A stretch of DNA of 64,000 nucleotides, from assembly GCF_000150275.1 (NCBI RefSeq), contig NW_002060944.1:5212123-5276122 (forward strand). The letters are read 5' to 3'. The stretch is from Trichoplax adhaerens (taxonomy: Eukaryota > Animalia > Placozoa). How positions within the stretch are numbered: position 1 is the first letter of the stretch; every line of letters begins with the position of its first letter. Shown one piece after another: positions 1 through 11,716 of the stretch. Under the pieces are notes generated by a model that was not told the origin of the DNA, made no database searches, and worked only from the letters and a program-made list of their open reading frames with translations. A program made the translations under genes and the position numbers.

Positions 1-84
1 ATCAATGCTTCCTTTGATCACCATACGCTTAGTAGATGTCGACGATAGGATATCTAATGTTATAGTCTAGCGGTAATCTCTTAC

Positions 85-152
85 CGACTCTGTTTTTTGC
101 ATACTTAATCGTAGCCATAGAGTAGCTACTCCAGGATGTCCTGTTGCTAACA
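85..152 (-). other. Possible exon of a minus-strand gene running off the left edge of the window
   Basis: Bounded on the minus strand by an acceptor (tttatttag) and a donor (gtaaga); two frames are open (..LATGHPGVATLWLRLSMQKTES or ..SMATIKYAKNRV). No homology recognised. Confidence 0.25.
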
Positions 153-1188
153 CTAAATAAAATAAAGCTATCTTACAAAAGGAAATATCTTGTCAACGGT
201 GTTATCAGAGACTAAGTAAAAATTGACAACATGTACTAATGGTGAAACAAGTAAGACGGCAGTTGTTCGCGTAATTAGCACATAATAGTCATTTATACGT
301 TGATTAATATGATCTTAGGCAATATCGATTGATTCATATCAGGCTTTATCATTGTCACAATTATATTACACTCTAATGATGAGAAGATGAGCCAATTTCA
401 GAATGGTACCTTTCTACCTTGACAGTTCAATTTAATGAGAAATTGCAAGCAGCACCTTCGGTACACCTAAGCTTCAAGTTTTCACCTTGCAATATTATTT
501 GTTATTATCAGTGCATCAAACAGACCGTCAAGAAAGAATTCTTTTTATTACTTTTATCATGCAAAGCGGTTGACAAAAATCAAAGGATAGAACAGTACAT
601 GACATCATCTAATTCAGTTCACCAATATTTAAAAAGTGATTTGTTGAAAGATGCTTCAGCATTGAAGAATTACGCTTTGAGATATGAACGGTAATTACGA
701 TACTTTAATGAAATAATTAAGAGAAATATTTGATTCTGATATCTGCCTATACAGAAACGACAGTCTTGACGATTAAAGTCAAAGGGTAGCTTGATTACAT
801 GACTAAAATCTGCTTCACTTGCATGCTAAACTATTGATCAAATTAGCATCTAGTTTACCCGTCTTCTTTCTGATACTTTGTACTTGTAAGATAAATAATA
901 ACCGTAGCAACAATATCACATGATATTGGAATGATTGGCCTCTTATTAAAATATCAATTGGATACTGTACGTATCTATTAATACATATCATACTATTGTC
1001 TTCCAATAGGATATAAACAATGGCGTTTATTAATTTCAGTAGAACAGCTCTATATGTATGACTTATACTTCTTTTGCGATCGATTTTTAGTGGAATGGCA
1101 TAGAACTTTTTTAATGCTGAGCTATCGTATTGATAAATGAATTCATTTACCATATGTTACTAGATGATTAACTGTAAAAATTAAAACA

Positions 1189-1630
1189 GACTATTACATC
1201 GACTTTACTCAATTACTTGTAAAGGCTATCAGTTGAGTATTTTTCATATACAGCAGTGCTACTTATGGCCAATAACTGATCTCTGTCGCAGAACAGGATT
1301 TAATCTTATATATTTTTTACCTTCTTTCTTCAGTAATGGACTATTTTATCGACTTTGCTCAATGACTTGTAAAAGCTATCAGCTGAGTATTTTTCATGTA
1401 CAGTGTAATAGTGCTACCGATGACTAAGAACTGATAGCTGTGGCGATAGAGCAAGATTTAAGCCTATGCATTCTTGACCTCCTTTCTTTAGCAATGTATT
1501 GTTTTATCGGCTTTGCTCAATGACTTATAAAGACTATCAGCTGAGTATTTTTTATGTACAAAAGTGCCATCTGTATGTCCTATAACGAACTGATATCTGT
1601 GCTTGAGTGGATAAAAGTAAAATCTTAAGT
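1189..1630. repeat. Diverged tandem repeat, about 3 copies of a 150-158 bp unit
   Basis: A core like ATCGACTTTGCTCAATGACTTGTAAAAGCTATCAGCTGAGTATTTTTCATGTACA recurs in units starting near 1189, 1339 and 1497. Confidence 0.85.
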
Positions 1631-2608
1631 CCAATGGAGTTACACAAATCTGTACGTTCGTTCTAGCGTAATGATTAAAGAACACCCGCAGAAGCGATTT
1701 ACGGTAATTTTAAAAATTTGTCTTAAATTACTATAAAAGACTTGCTAGATATGTCTTAGATTTAGATACGTAATAAAGTTCAATACGAAAGCAGCGTAAA
1801 TACTGTTTTACTTTTTCACGAATAGTAATTGGAACATTTTTGCAAGGCTCAATATTAAAGTATGCAATTATATACTGTGTAGTGAGTGTGTATATATACA
1901 TCAAAACTTGTTATTAAAATTCAGTTTGAATATAAATATCTAAAGGTACTTATTCACTATAACAACTGAACTAATTATTAACACGAAGTATCAGGAGCAA
2001 GACATTCTATTAGTAATTGAAATTCGTTTCTTTAGATATTAGTCATGAAGGCGAATTTGTATTTTAGAAAAGATTAAGAATTTTATTTCCACATTCATTA
2101 AATTTCTTTAAACGATAATGATCAACTATAATGAGCGACAGTTGTATTTAATTTGCCATTTCTTTTAGTTGACCTTCGGTAATTTCCTATGTTACTAACT
2201 AATAATAATAATAAAATATATTGGACACAATAGAGCTGGAAAATATAACGAATAAATTTTCGATATTTGATAGAATTTAAAAGATGAAAAAATTTAGCAG
2301 ACGGTATGTAATATGATACTACCGCTGTGATTGTAAATTTACAATCCCAGAGATCTAGCCGAATACATTGGTGATGAACTCGATTATTTACAGTTGATCA
2401 AGAGATGCCGTCGTTGTAGATTGAAGAGACAGTTACCGTTACAATATTATTTGGTCAACAAAATGACAATCAGCAAACTGATGAATAACACCGGTATAAA
2501 AATATCTAATTTAGTAAGTTTCGCTCCTTACAAATTCATAAGATAAAAATGGCGTATTACTTTTACAAGAAGTTTGATACACCAGTAAGAAAGTGTAGGA
2601 ATTACGTT

Positions 2609-5600
2609 TTACATTCCTCTGAGTTCCGCTGCCTTCTTTAGAATGATATGAACGTCACTAACTGGATAATTCTATATTTGAGATGAATCCCACAATTAAA
2701 ATCCGTTAATGTGTACAGGTAAATATAGATATATATATATATATATATATGTTTAGTGTATTTAAGCAGTTTCGATCAGTAGCAAACGATGCGCTTAATG
2801 CATACTTGCAACGTTTTGATAATATCCGCAAATTCGCCTTGAAGAATTTCATCTCTAACCAAACTATTAAGGTAATCAGTGAAATCATATGTTAGCTTTT
2901 TAAAGTGTACAGACATGATAAGATTATTTTTAACAACTGGCGGTACCCACATTAGCATTGCGCAACATACGCATAGCAAAAATTCGAATCTATTCTCTTC
3001 CGCGAATAGCGAATCCCAAATTCTAATTACATCTGTAAATCAATGACATAAAAGCGTATTAAAAATCATTTTACTGCCACAAACAAAATGGAACATAGTT
3101 ATGCTATTAAGAAATACCGGGCAGAGGAAATTCTTGAGATAGAAGCAGTGTGAACCAACGGAAGCAATAAAATTCTGGACGAATTCCTTTATCTTCCTGT
3201 AACGTGTAAAGTAATGTTGTGGGATAATCAGCAAGTCAGTCACAAGCTATTGTAGTACTTCCATAGATAAACATAAAGTACAACCACAAGGATAACCATG
3301 CTATACGAAAAATTACTTACGAGAACTTGCCATACTGCACTATCTTTATAGCGAATAGACTGACATACGCGTTGCATCCAAAATCCTTGAAAGTGATAAT
3401 GTAAATGAAATAATTAAAAATTTAAACTCCGTCAAGTATTTGTATTGCTACCAGTAATTAGTATAAAGGACTTAATAGCCACCGATTCCGCAGACTGAGT
3501 TATCTAAGGTTCTTATAAAATTGTCCCTATTTTCCGCCATTAAATTCGTGAAGCAGAAGAATGCATCACATTCAGCATATCCTAAGGCGTGCCGATTTAT
3601 TACATAGATTAGTCAATGCTGTGGAAACGGATGAAAAAAATGCGCAATATAAACTCGTCACTTACTTTTCCATTCAGAATTGCTGTCAACAGCAAAAATG
3701 TAATATATTGGACCCATAATTTCATTCATTCCCTTTCAGATCGAATCGCAAACAAATTAACCATAAGAATTTAAAGTTAATTTTTTTCATGAGTGTAAAC
3801 TTCATACTGTTAGCAAAATACTCGTATACCTGAACATAGCCGATGCCAGGGTTTAACTTTGCATAAATAAACAGCATCCTCTCTACTACCTAAACATTAG
3901 CAGAACATGCCAACTAGTTAGAACTATAACGAATAGCTTAAACTTAAAGCAATGAAAGCTGAGCAATACAAGAATAACAATTTAATTTAGTCAGATTTCA
4001 AATTACGATAAAGAGTTCTTACCTCCCAGTGGGCTTCTTCGCCTTCTGATAAAGTGTGATACTCTTGATCTTTAGACTTATTTTTGATCTATCCGTATAA
4101 CAAGGAGTCATTAGTAATTGAATAGATTTTTAACGTGGGTTACTAACAAAGCCCTGCAGCAAACAAATAGTCATATCATAGCAATCATGGATAAATGATT
4201 ACCTTTTGAACACCTTGTCTATTGGTCGTTACTTTCGACTCTAATAATACAGTTTTCTCAACGCGTTTTCTTAGAGCTTGGGAACCTTGATCATAGTGAT
4301 TAGTGGTGCGATCAAGTTAGTTGATTACTGTACAATGTTTGTCAATTGATAAGTTTGATTCTAACTCCTACCTTTTTTCTTACATGGAAATTCAGTTGCT
4401 TTTTGAAAGAAAGACATGTCGGGATATAAACGCCTGCAAGTCAGGAAAATGTTAAATTATTATATGACACCATGACTTTATGGAGCAAAGGTGATCTTTA
4501 TCGATATCTACCTAGCATCTTTATCGATTTGTGACAAGACTTCGTTATCCTTAAAGTATGTCACCCATTGGCTTTCCGGATCTAGGCTAAGCGGCTAAAT
4601 GATCCCATAATAATTTGTATATAGAATTGGGTAACAGAATTGATGAGATTTGTTCTATGGACATGTTCAATTCATGGAAGTGTGCTACAGTACTATTCTA
4701 ACGTACATGATCATTGACATCATGCAAATGATCTCCTTCATTTTCATCGTCAGCAGCGAGGCTAGGATTAATAATAATATCGTCGAGAAAGCTGTCATAT
4801 AGGTCTCTGCATTGTGGAACGCGAAGAAAATTGCAAAAAGTGCATACAGTAAGTATCCATATCATCAAAATTAATCAGACGGTACAACATTGATACTATG
4901 TTGCAATAAAAATGTTACCTTTTTGCTTTAAGAATATTATCCCACCCAGATCTTTTGGCAGGTAAATACCCTAATAATAGCTGAAAGCGATACATCGTTC
5001 ATAAGATATTGTAAATAAACGTTGCGATTAGTAAGGTACTTTAATTGCATAGTTGAGATTGACAGTTTATAGCATGACATGTTATCGCTACACTAGTACT
5101 AAATCGAAATTAAAATTGTAGTCGTAAGTAAAACAGCTGCTGATTTATGGGCCTTTTGTGAAGACTGTTGAAATGTACTAATATTTTTTAATCACTTCGT
5201 AGCAACATGTGCTATCGTATGCTATACCTTGCATCAAGTGGTAAATATCGCTTAATCGAGGGTATCTGTAGCAGTTGGCTAATCCAATATAGTAAGGCCA
5301 TAGTACAGCGTAACGATGTACATTGTACAGTGATCTCGCTACTATTTTTTATCAAAGTAACAACATATCAACTATTACACAGTATACTCGTATGTAAACT
5401 ATTATAATATACAGTACTATGATCCAAGACGGGACAATAAATTAAGATAACTTAATAAACTGGAAATATTTCTTTATCGATAAATAGTTAATGTAGAGAC
5501 ATCAGGTCGTAAGTACCGCATATTGTATTGTACAGTGTATAATGGCATATTCGATAGAAAGTTAATTAATTAGAATATTACGGTGATCAATGATGGTTTA

Positions 5601-6452
5601 CATATGTTCAACAATGTATCCGGGACAAGAGATGCAATAGGAATAATACGAGTATTAATTACCCTCCAAGCCAGTGGCCTTATCCATGCAATGTCTGGAA
5701 TTCCTATTATTAAGAAGTGAATGGAAAAGTCTGAGTTGAAGTTTGGGTTATAAGTAAAAAGCTTAACAATTATGCATTCTTTGTCAAGATATTGGCAGTG
5801 GAAAGATTCAACGATCATAATTCAATTTATTTGGATTTTTGCTCGATGTGATCGGTTGAAAAATCAATATACCGTAAGAATTTATTGATAGCAGGCTATC
5901 TTGTATACAGTACATATCTTTTACCTGATCAAGTTATTCTACATAATGTAACTCGATTGCTTGGTACAGAAAGTAACGTCCATATACGGCGGACGACTGT
6001 ATCTATCTGACAAGTTTAACTACTGCAGTGTGTGATCAACTGTTGTTGGATGTAGGTATTCTGCAGGGACTAGTTACTGATATTACAGTACAGTATTCTG
6101 TACACTGATTACTCTACTCAGACGAGCTCTATACTGCCTACAGTGGGTTATATATGTCGAAGGCAGCAGCGCTATCTAATTTCAATTTGTTTCAAATAGA
6201 GTCATTAATAAATGCTCACTCTCCCCCTCCCCCCCAAAAATGGATCTTACCATTGAAGCATAATTGGCGTAATTGATGTAAATCGAGCTTATCCTCAGTT
6301 AAAATTTTTTTAAATTGGTCAACCCTAGATCAATGTAAAATAGAAAGATAGGAATAGATATCAAAAATGGTTTACTATGAGAAAATGACAGAGAGAAATG
6401 CCTACTAGCTCGAGATTGAATTATTCGCTTACCTCGTACTATAGGTAGACAT
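2609..6452 (-). CDS. TBC1D13: TBC1 domain family member 13 (Rab GTPase-activating protein), about 17 exons
   Basis: Spliced peptide MSTYSTR|VDQFKKILTEDKLDLHQLRQLCFNG|IPDIAWIRPLAWR|LLLGYLP..|..DHPLSLDPESQWVTYFKDNEVLSQIDKDAR|RLYPDMSFFQKATEFPC..EAHWE|VVERMLFIYAKLNPGIGYVQ|GMNEIMGPIYY..|..FFCFTNLMAENRDNFIRTLD..FRWFTLLLSQEFPLP|DVIRIWDSLFA..LQ|NYPVSDVHIILKKAAELRGM*. It has the TBC IxxDxxR and YxQ catalytic fingers and is collinear with human TBC1D13. ATG at 6452-6450, TAA at 2611-2609, GT-AG introns. Confidence 0.95.
2729..2750. repeat. (AT)11 microsatellite in the last intron of TBC1D13
   Basis: Read directly from the sequence. Confidence 0.9.
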
Positions 6453-6979
6453 CACGTTTTAATTGTCGAATTATCCACAATTGATATCAATCATCGGCGT
6501 GATCGTTGTATTTTTGCTACCAGTGCAGTGCCAATAAGTAACTACAACAGCCAGTCTACAATCTGAATACCCTATTTCTCGACTTTTTCCTTACTACGTT
6601 GTAATACTGCCACTCAAGGTTGAAAGCTGCCCGTAGAGTATGCAAATAATCACTGCATGGTCAAATTATTATGCAGCGCTTGGTGTAAACATGTCGGATT
6701 TTTGGAAGGCGTTTCTCTCCTGTACCATAGAGTTACACCATGGATTGTAGAAGCCTATAGAAGAGCCTAGCCAACAATAGCAATGGTGGGTAATAAACTG
6801 CCCAGGTTTACTTTGCGCACCAGGGTCGGTGCCTACTGGCCCGCTCTCAGTACACAACGGGTCAGTGTACTGTATGTGAAAGCAATCAAGCGTCAACCGG
6901 GAGCTTGACGATGGACTCATCACCGACCATAGTAACATTACTTGACTAGACACTGTATAGTGTACAGTACGGTAGTATA

Positions 6980-7759
6980 ACTAGACACAGGACAGAGGAC
7001 TGTACAGACGGCTGAGCAGTCAGACAGACGGACTCTCCGGAGCCAATATGGAAAAATGATTACTTAGTATGGGATCTTTCATGTCTAGTTTCTAAATGAC
7101 TTGGTGCTCATTTCAATAGTGTCTATGATCTTATATGACTGTTTTCAAGCCGAATTATAGTAGCAGACAATACTAGACACTGGACAGAGGACTGTACAGA
7201 CGGCTGAGCAGTCAGACAGACGGACTTTCCGGAGCCAATATGGAAAAACGATTACTTAGTATGGGATCTTTTATGTCTAGTTTCTAAATGACTTGGTGCT
7301 CATTTCAATGGTGTCTATGATCGATCTTATATGACTGTTTTCAAGCCGTATTATAGTAGCAGACAATACTAGACACTGGACAGAGGACTGTACAGACGGC
7401 TGAGCAGTCAGACAGACGGACTTTCCGGAGCCAATATGGAAAAACGATTACTTAGTATGGGATCTTTTATGTCTAGTTTCTAAATGACTTGGTGCTCATT
7501 TCAATGGTGTCTATGATCGATCTTATACAGTATAACTGTTTTCAAGCCGTATTATAGTAGCAGACAATACTAGACACTGGACAGAGGACTGTACAGACGA
7601 CTGAGCAGTCAGACAGACGGACTTTCCGGAGCCAATATGGAAAAACGATTACTTAGTATGGGATCTTTTATGTCTAGTTTCTAAATGACTGGGTTTCATT
7701 TCAATAGTGTCTATGATCTTATATGACTGTTTTCAAGCCAAATTATAGTAGCAGACAAT
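6980..7759. repeat. Near-identical tandem repeat, 4 copies of a 191-201 bp unit
   Basis: Units start with ACTAGACAC at 6980, 7172, 7368 and 7569 and end ..TAGCAGACAAT; they differ by a few substitutions and 4-5 bp indels. Confidence 0.97.
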
Positions 7760-8159
7760 AAGGTTCAATGTAATATTACTTAATTGAGAAAATATCGGTC
7801 AATTTCAAATCGACCGTCTGCATACTAAAGTATTGTACTGTACTGCCATAACCAAGTAAGTCGGAAAATGTCTGTCCATCCAAGAGTGATGGTACAGTAC
7901 TTCTTCCTCTCTATTTTCACCTGATGTACTGTTCAGTGTACCGTACTCTACATTGTACATGTACAATGTGTATCAAAGTATTTTGCCACTTTGAAAAGCA
8001 TCAACCAGTGATCTTAATAAGCAAATACTGATTAAGAGTTGTTACATTCCATAGCATTTAGATCTTTCAGAATCTCTCCATCAACCTAATATATCATTCT
8101 AATATAGCTTTACTGTATTTTTAAAGAAAAATATTGCCCGAAAGTGACAAAATGTTATG

Positions 8160-8820
8160 GTACACACTGTACAGTATTTCTTATCCAAAAACATTCAAGT
8201 AATGGAACCTTTTTCAGGTCTAATCAAAGGTGTTGGAACTCTAGTTGGAAGACTTTTAGCGAAGTATGACGGACGGATACATCCAGTACATCGTCATGCG
8301 CATATACTGTCCTGTACTGTACAGTACTATACTGTACACACTCAGTACAGTACACAGTGTACAGTGTACAGTACAGTAGAGAGCACGGAGAACGAATGCA
8401 CTTGAGCAGTTACTGTACTGTACTGTATGCATGGACAATTGGACATCAAGGACATTAATCGTGGACGTGTATCGTTTCAGATATACGGTTGACTTGAGAT
8501 GACCAGCAAAATAGTTTTAGTAGACTAAATCGACTGTATCGAGCCTCTATTCTTTTTACTGAACTGGAATCAGCTAACGATGACAAATGTACATTGTACA
8601 GTACCCCAATTTTGGACTCCGGATACAGTACCCGTTTCAGTATGAACTACTGGAAGTGTCAGCGTACTCGTCTATTGATAGAGATCTCTATGGTTACAAC
8701 TAGACATTCAGTCATTGATAGTATTTATATTTTTATTTACAATGTACTGTACAGTGTACAGTGTACAGTGTACAGTACAGCAAGGCCGAGGCATACTGTA
8801 CAGTACTGTACAGTACAATA
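8160..8820. repeat. Clusters of ACAGT/ACTGT/ACAGTGT simple repeats including perfect palindromes
   Basis: Dense runs at about 8300-8430 and 8743-8820; the 22-nt perfect palindrome TACTGTACAGTACTGTACAGTA lies at 8794-8815. Confidence 0.8.
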
Positions 8821-11637
8821 GTCACCTTGACTTGTCAAGTAACATATTGCCATCAGGCCCATCACATTCCATGGAAATTCGTACTTCGACACAGTAGCAG
8901 CAGCTATATCTGCATAGTCGTTATCCTTTTGTCATAAAACACCAATCCGGAGTTCGAAGTGATATTTGACTTCCCTGCAATAGACTGCTATGTATCTTAC
9001 CTACTACTAATAGTTGTTATTATTATAATTCATTATAATTCATCGGTAATGCATACTCGAAATGTACTCGCAGGTCAGGATCGGGAATATGGCTATAGCA
9101 GCTAAAATCTCGTCAATAAACTGCAATTAAAATATATATACTATAAACCCAGGACAAATTTCCTTCATCCACCTGAATCAGAATCATACAGTACATCATG
9201 ATTGATGTGCTATCGAGGACTATTTTTGACTCGTGTCTTTTAATTCATTTTCCAGTTTAAGGTGTGAGAAAGCAGCAGCTAGTACAGTAGCTCATTAGTG
9301 CTTAATGCGATAGCTGGTAGCTATAGATTATAGTGTACCTTCATTTTAATGTATATATATAACATATATATACAGTACAGTACAGTATTATTATTGCATT
9401 TTTGATTATTATTTTAATTTTATTTTTAATTTTTGGGGGGATAAAAAAGAGTGCATTCTGTGATCACACAGTATATAACAATATCGCAGAGATCATCGTT
9501 ATGTGTTGGAATTGTGTCGTTGAAGCCAACATTAGTAAGGTCGAAATTCGATACTGTTATGTACACGTAGTAGCGTTTCATGTCGGAAAGTTGATCAGTA
9601 ACGGATTCCGGATCGACCGCTAGGCCACGTAAGCGATGAAAATTATGACAGAAATAATGAACCATCGACAGTGATCAATCAGGGCTTTTTACTATTGTGA
9701 TCGATACAGTCCACAGTCAAGAGCAACACTACGCATAGTAGAAGGATAAATCCGCGTTTAACGCATGGGTCTTCAGCTTTCCTCGGCTAAAAGAGGTGAA
9801 AGGTTATTCAGGGGCTACCTTTAATTATGCCAACAGCATGTATTTATATATATTTGGAAAAGCAGCTTGTTAGTATTAAATTACAATGCTTATGTATTAT
9901 ACGAAGAACAATAGTGTCCTGAATGAAGTTCCAAAGTTCACCATGTCCTTTTAGAATCATCCAAAATGTCTTACACGGAAGCGTACAAGGGATACGTGCA
10001 AAATAACATCGCAAACCTCAATCAGCTGTAATACTATGTCAACCATGGCTGTTTACCGTTGCACCTTCGACATATGTTTGGACCAGGTTGGTAGAATATT
10101 TTACTCACAGCATCCATCATGGCATGGAGCATTGTACTTAGAATGCATAAATTACCATAACAATAGCTCGTATAATAACGGTATGACCAAGAATAGAAGG
10201 TCAAAATTTATTTTAAGACTTTATAAACTTTGTCTATTTTATATTTTAATTTCACTCAAATTCTCATTTTACTGTTGGTGTGTACTGCCTGTACCAGCAT
10301 TATATATAGCTCGTCAGATTGATAAAATTGTGGCATTTAGGATTTTCAGTGGCATCGATTGCAGTTACTGGCGTGCTCCTTACCAAGTGTAAGTTAATAT
10401 TGATTCTCCAGCTTTACCTTTCCTCTACCTTGTTTCGATCAATGTTAACGGTGTCAAGTTTATCAATATCATGACCTGAATTTCAACATAATGGAACTGA
10501 TTGTTTTTTTAACGTTTGATGTGATTTATTAATACAACCACTAGTGATAGAACCTATAGTGGTAAAATGAGGGGATATTTAGTACCGGAGACATATACTA
10601 CTGTATATTTGAAAAGCTTATCGAATTAGGTTACATTATGACTGGCCTTCTAAAATGAATGGTACATGACATCGATAGTCTTGTATTAGCTTTGCATTTG
10701 TTTTTTTTTCTTTTTCCACTTTCAGTGATTATTTCTATCATTGTGCGATACTCTGCTAGCTACACGCGATAATGACGATAAATTCGCACGTAAGCCTAAA
10801 AGGTTCGAGCGAGCCTAGGCTCGGTGACTCCAGGCTACTAATGTGCAATATTGCTAATTCACGCTTTTCGTGAATGATACGTAAGGGATAAAAAAAGGAA
10901 ATCTTACATTTCTTTATCGCAGAGGAGAGTGGATGTTATCCAGTTTTTGAGCACTATAATAGAGGCCCAATTTTCGCAGCATATATGAACACGAACATCT
11001 TTGGTTTCGCCAACTTTATATCAGCTTTACTGAACGCGCTGCTATCGTGGTGCACTCATTATGGTTCATTCTGCTGTCGAATTTCTATTCAATTCAAGAG
11101 GACGAGGGGAAAGATACCTTAAGATTTGGCAGTCACACTTGTGTCCCTTATATTGAGCATCTTCAGGGCGAGGTTCATCTAGGTAATATACGTATATCGC
11201 CGTCGGCCTTTAAAGCAACATATTTAATGTATCATATCAACAAGGCCATCGTGAATGCTTTGAGCTTGATGATTCTGGACTTTATTTGTTAATTCGATAT
11301 TGCACAGTTTCAATTTCACAGACATGACTTTTTATTCGTTCATCTACTGCATCGTAGGAATAGCCATTAAAATGCTAAAATGTTTAATGCAACGATGCTT
11401 TCTAACTTTACTTGCTTGGCCCATTTTGCTATCGATGCTTGACATAAAAAAAAAACTTGAATAATATAATTATTATGGGTTAAAAGGTCATTAATAACTA
11501 ATTTAATCAAAGGTCTATTAGATCAATGCTGATTCGGTCTGTCATTTCTCTCAGTTCAAATTCATTATAGCACAGTACTAGAAAGCTGGTACATTGCAGT
11601 AGTACAACTATTTTGATACATTACATTAATTAATTTT

Positions 11638-11716
11638 AGGGGAATTTTCTGAATTGTCATTGATTGTGATAGTAATAACAGAAATGTCAATCAATGATAA
11701 TTCAGAAAATTCCCCT
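11638..11716. repeat. Inverted repeat: 29-bp arms with a 21-nt spacer
   Basis: AGGGGAATTTTCTGAATTGTCATTGATTG (11638-11666) pairs with CAATCAATGATAATTCAGAAAATTCCCCT (11688-11716); the single mismatch is G:T. Confidence 0.9.

Noticed and set aside
419-1685. Small ORFs in the track (91, 112, 64, 65 aa)
   Set aside because: No recognisable domains; two overlap the tandem repeat and composition resembles AT-rich non-coding DNA.
6980-7759. CRISPR-like or snoRNA array
   Set aside because: Whole units repeat with no unique spacers and no cas genes in a eukaryotic context; no convincing paired C/D or H/ACA boxes.
8157-8897. Short TVQY/CTV-rich ORFs
   Set aside because: They are translations of the ACAGT simple repeats.
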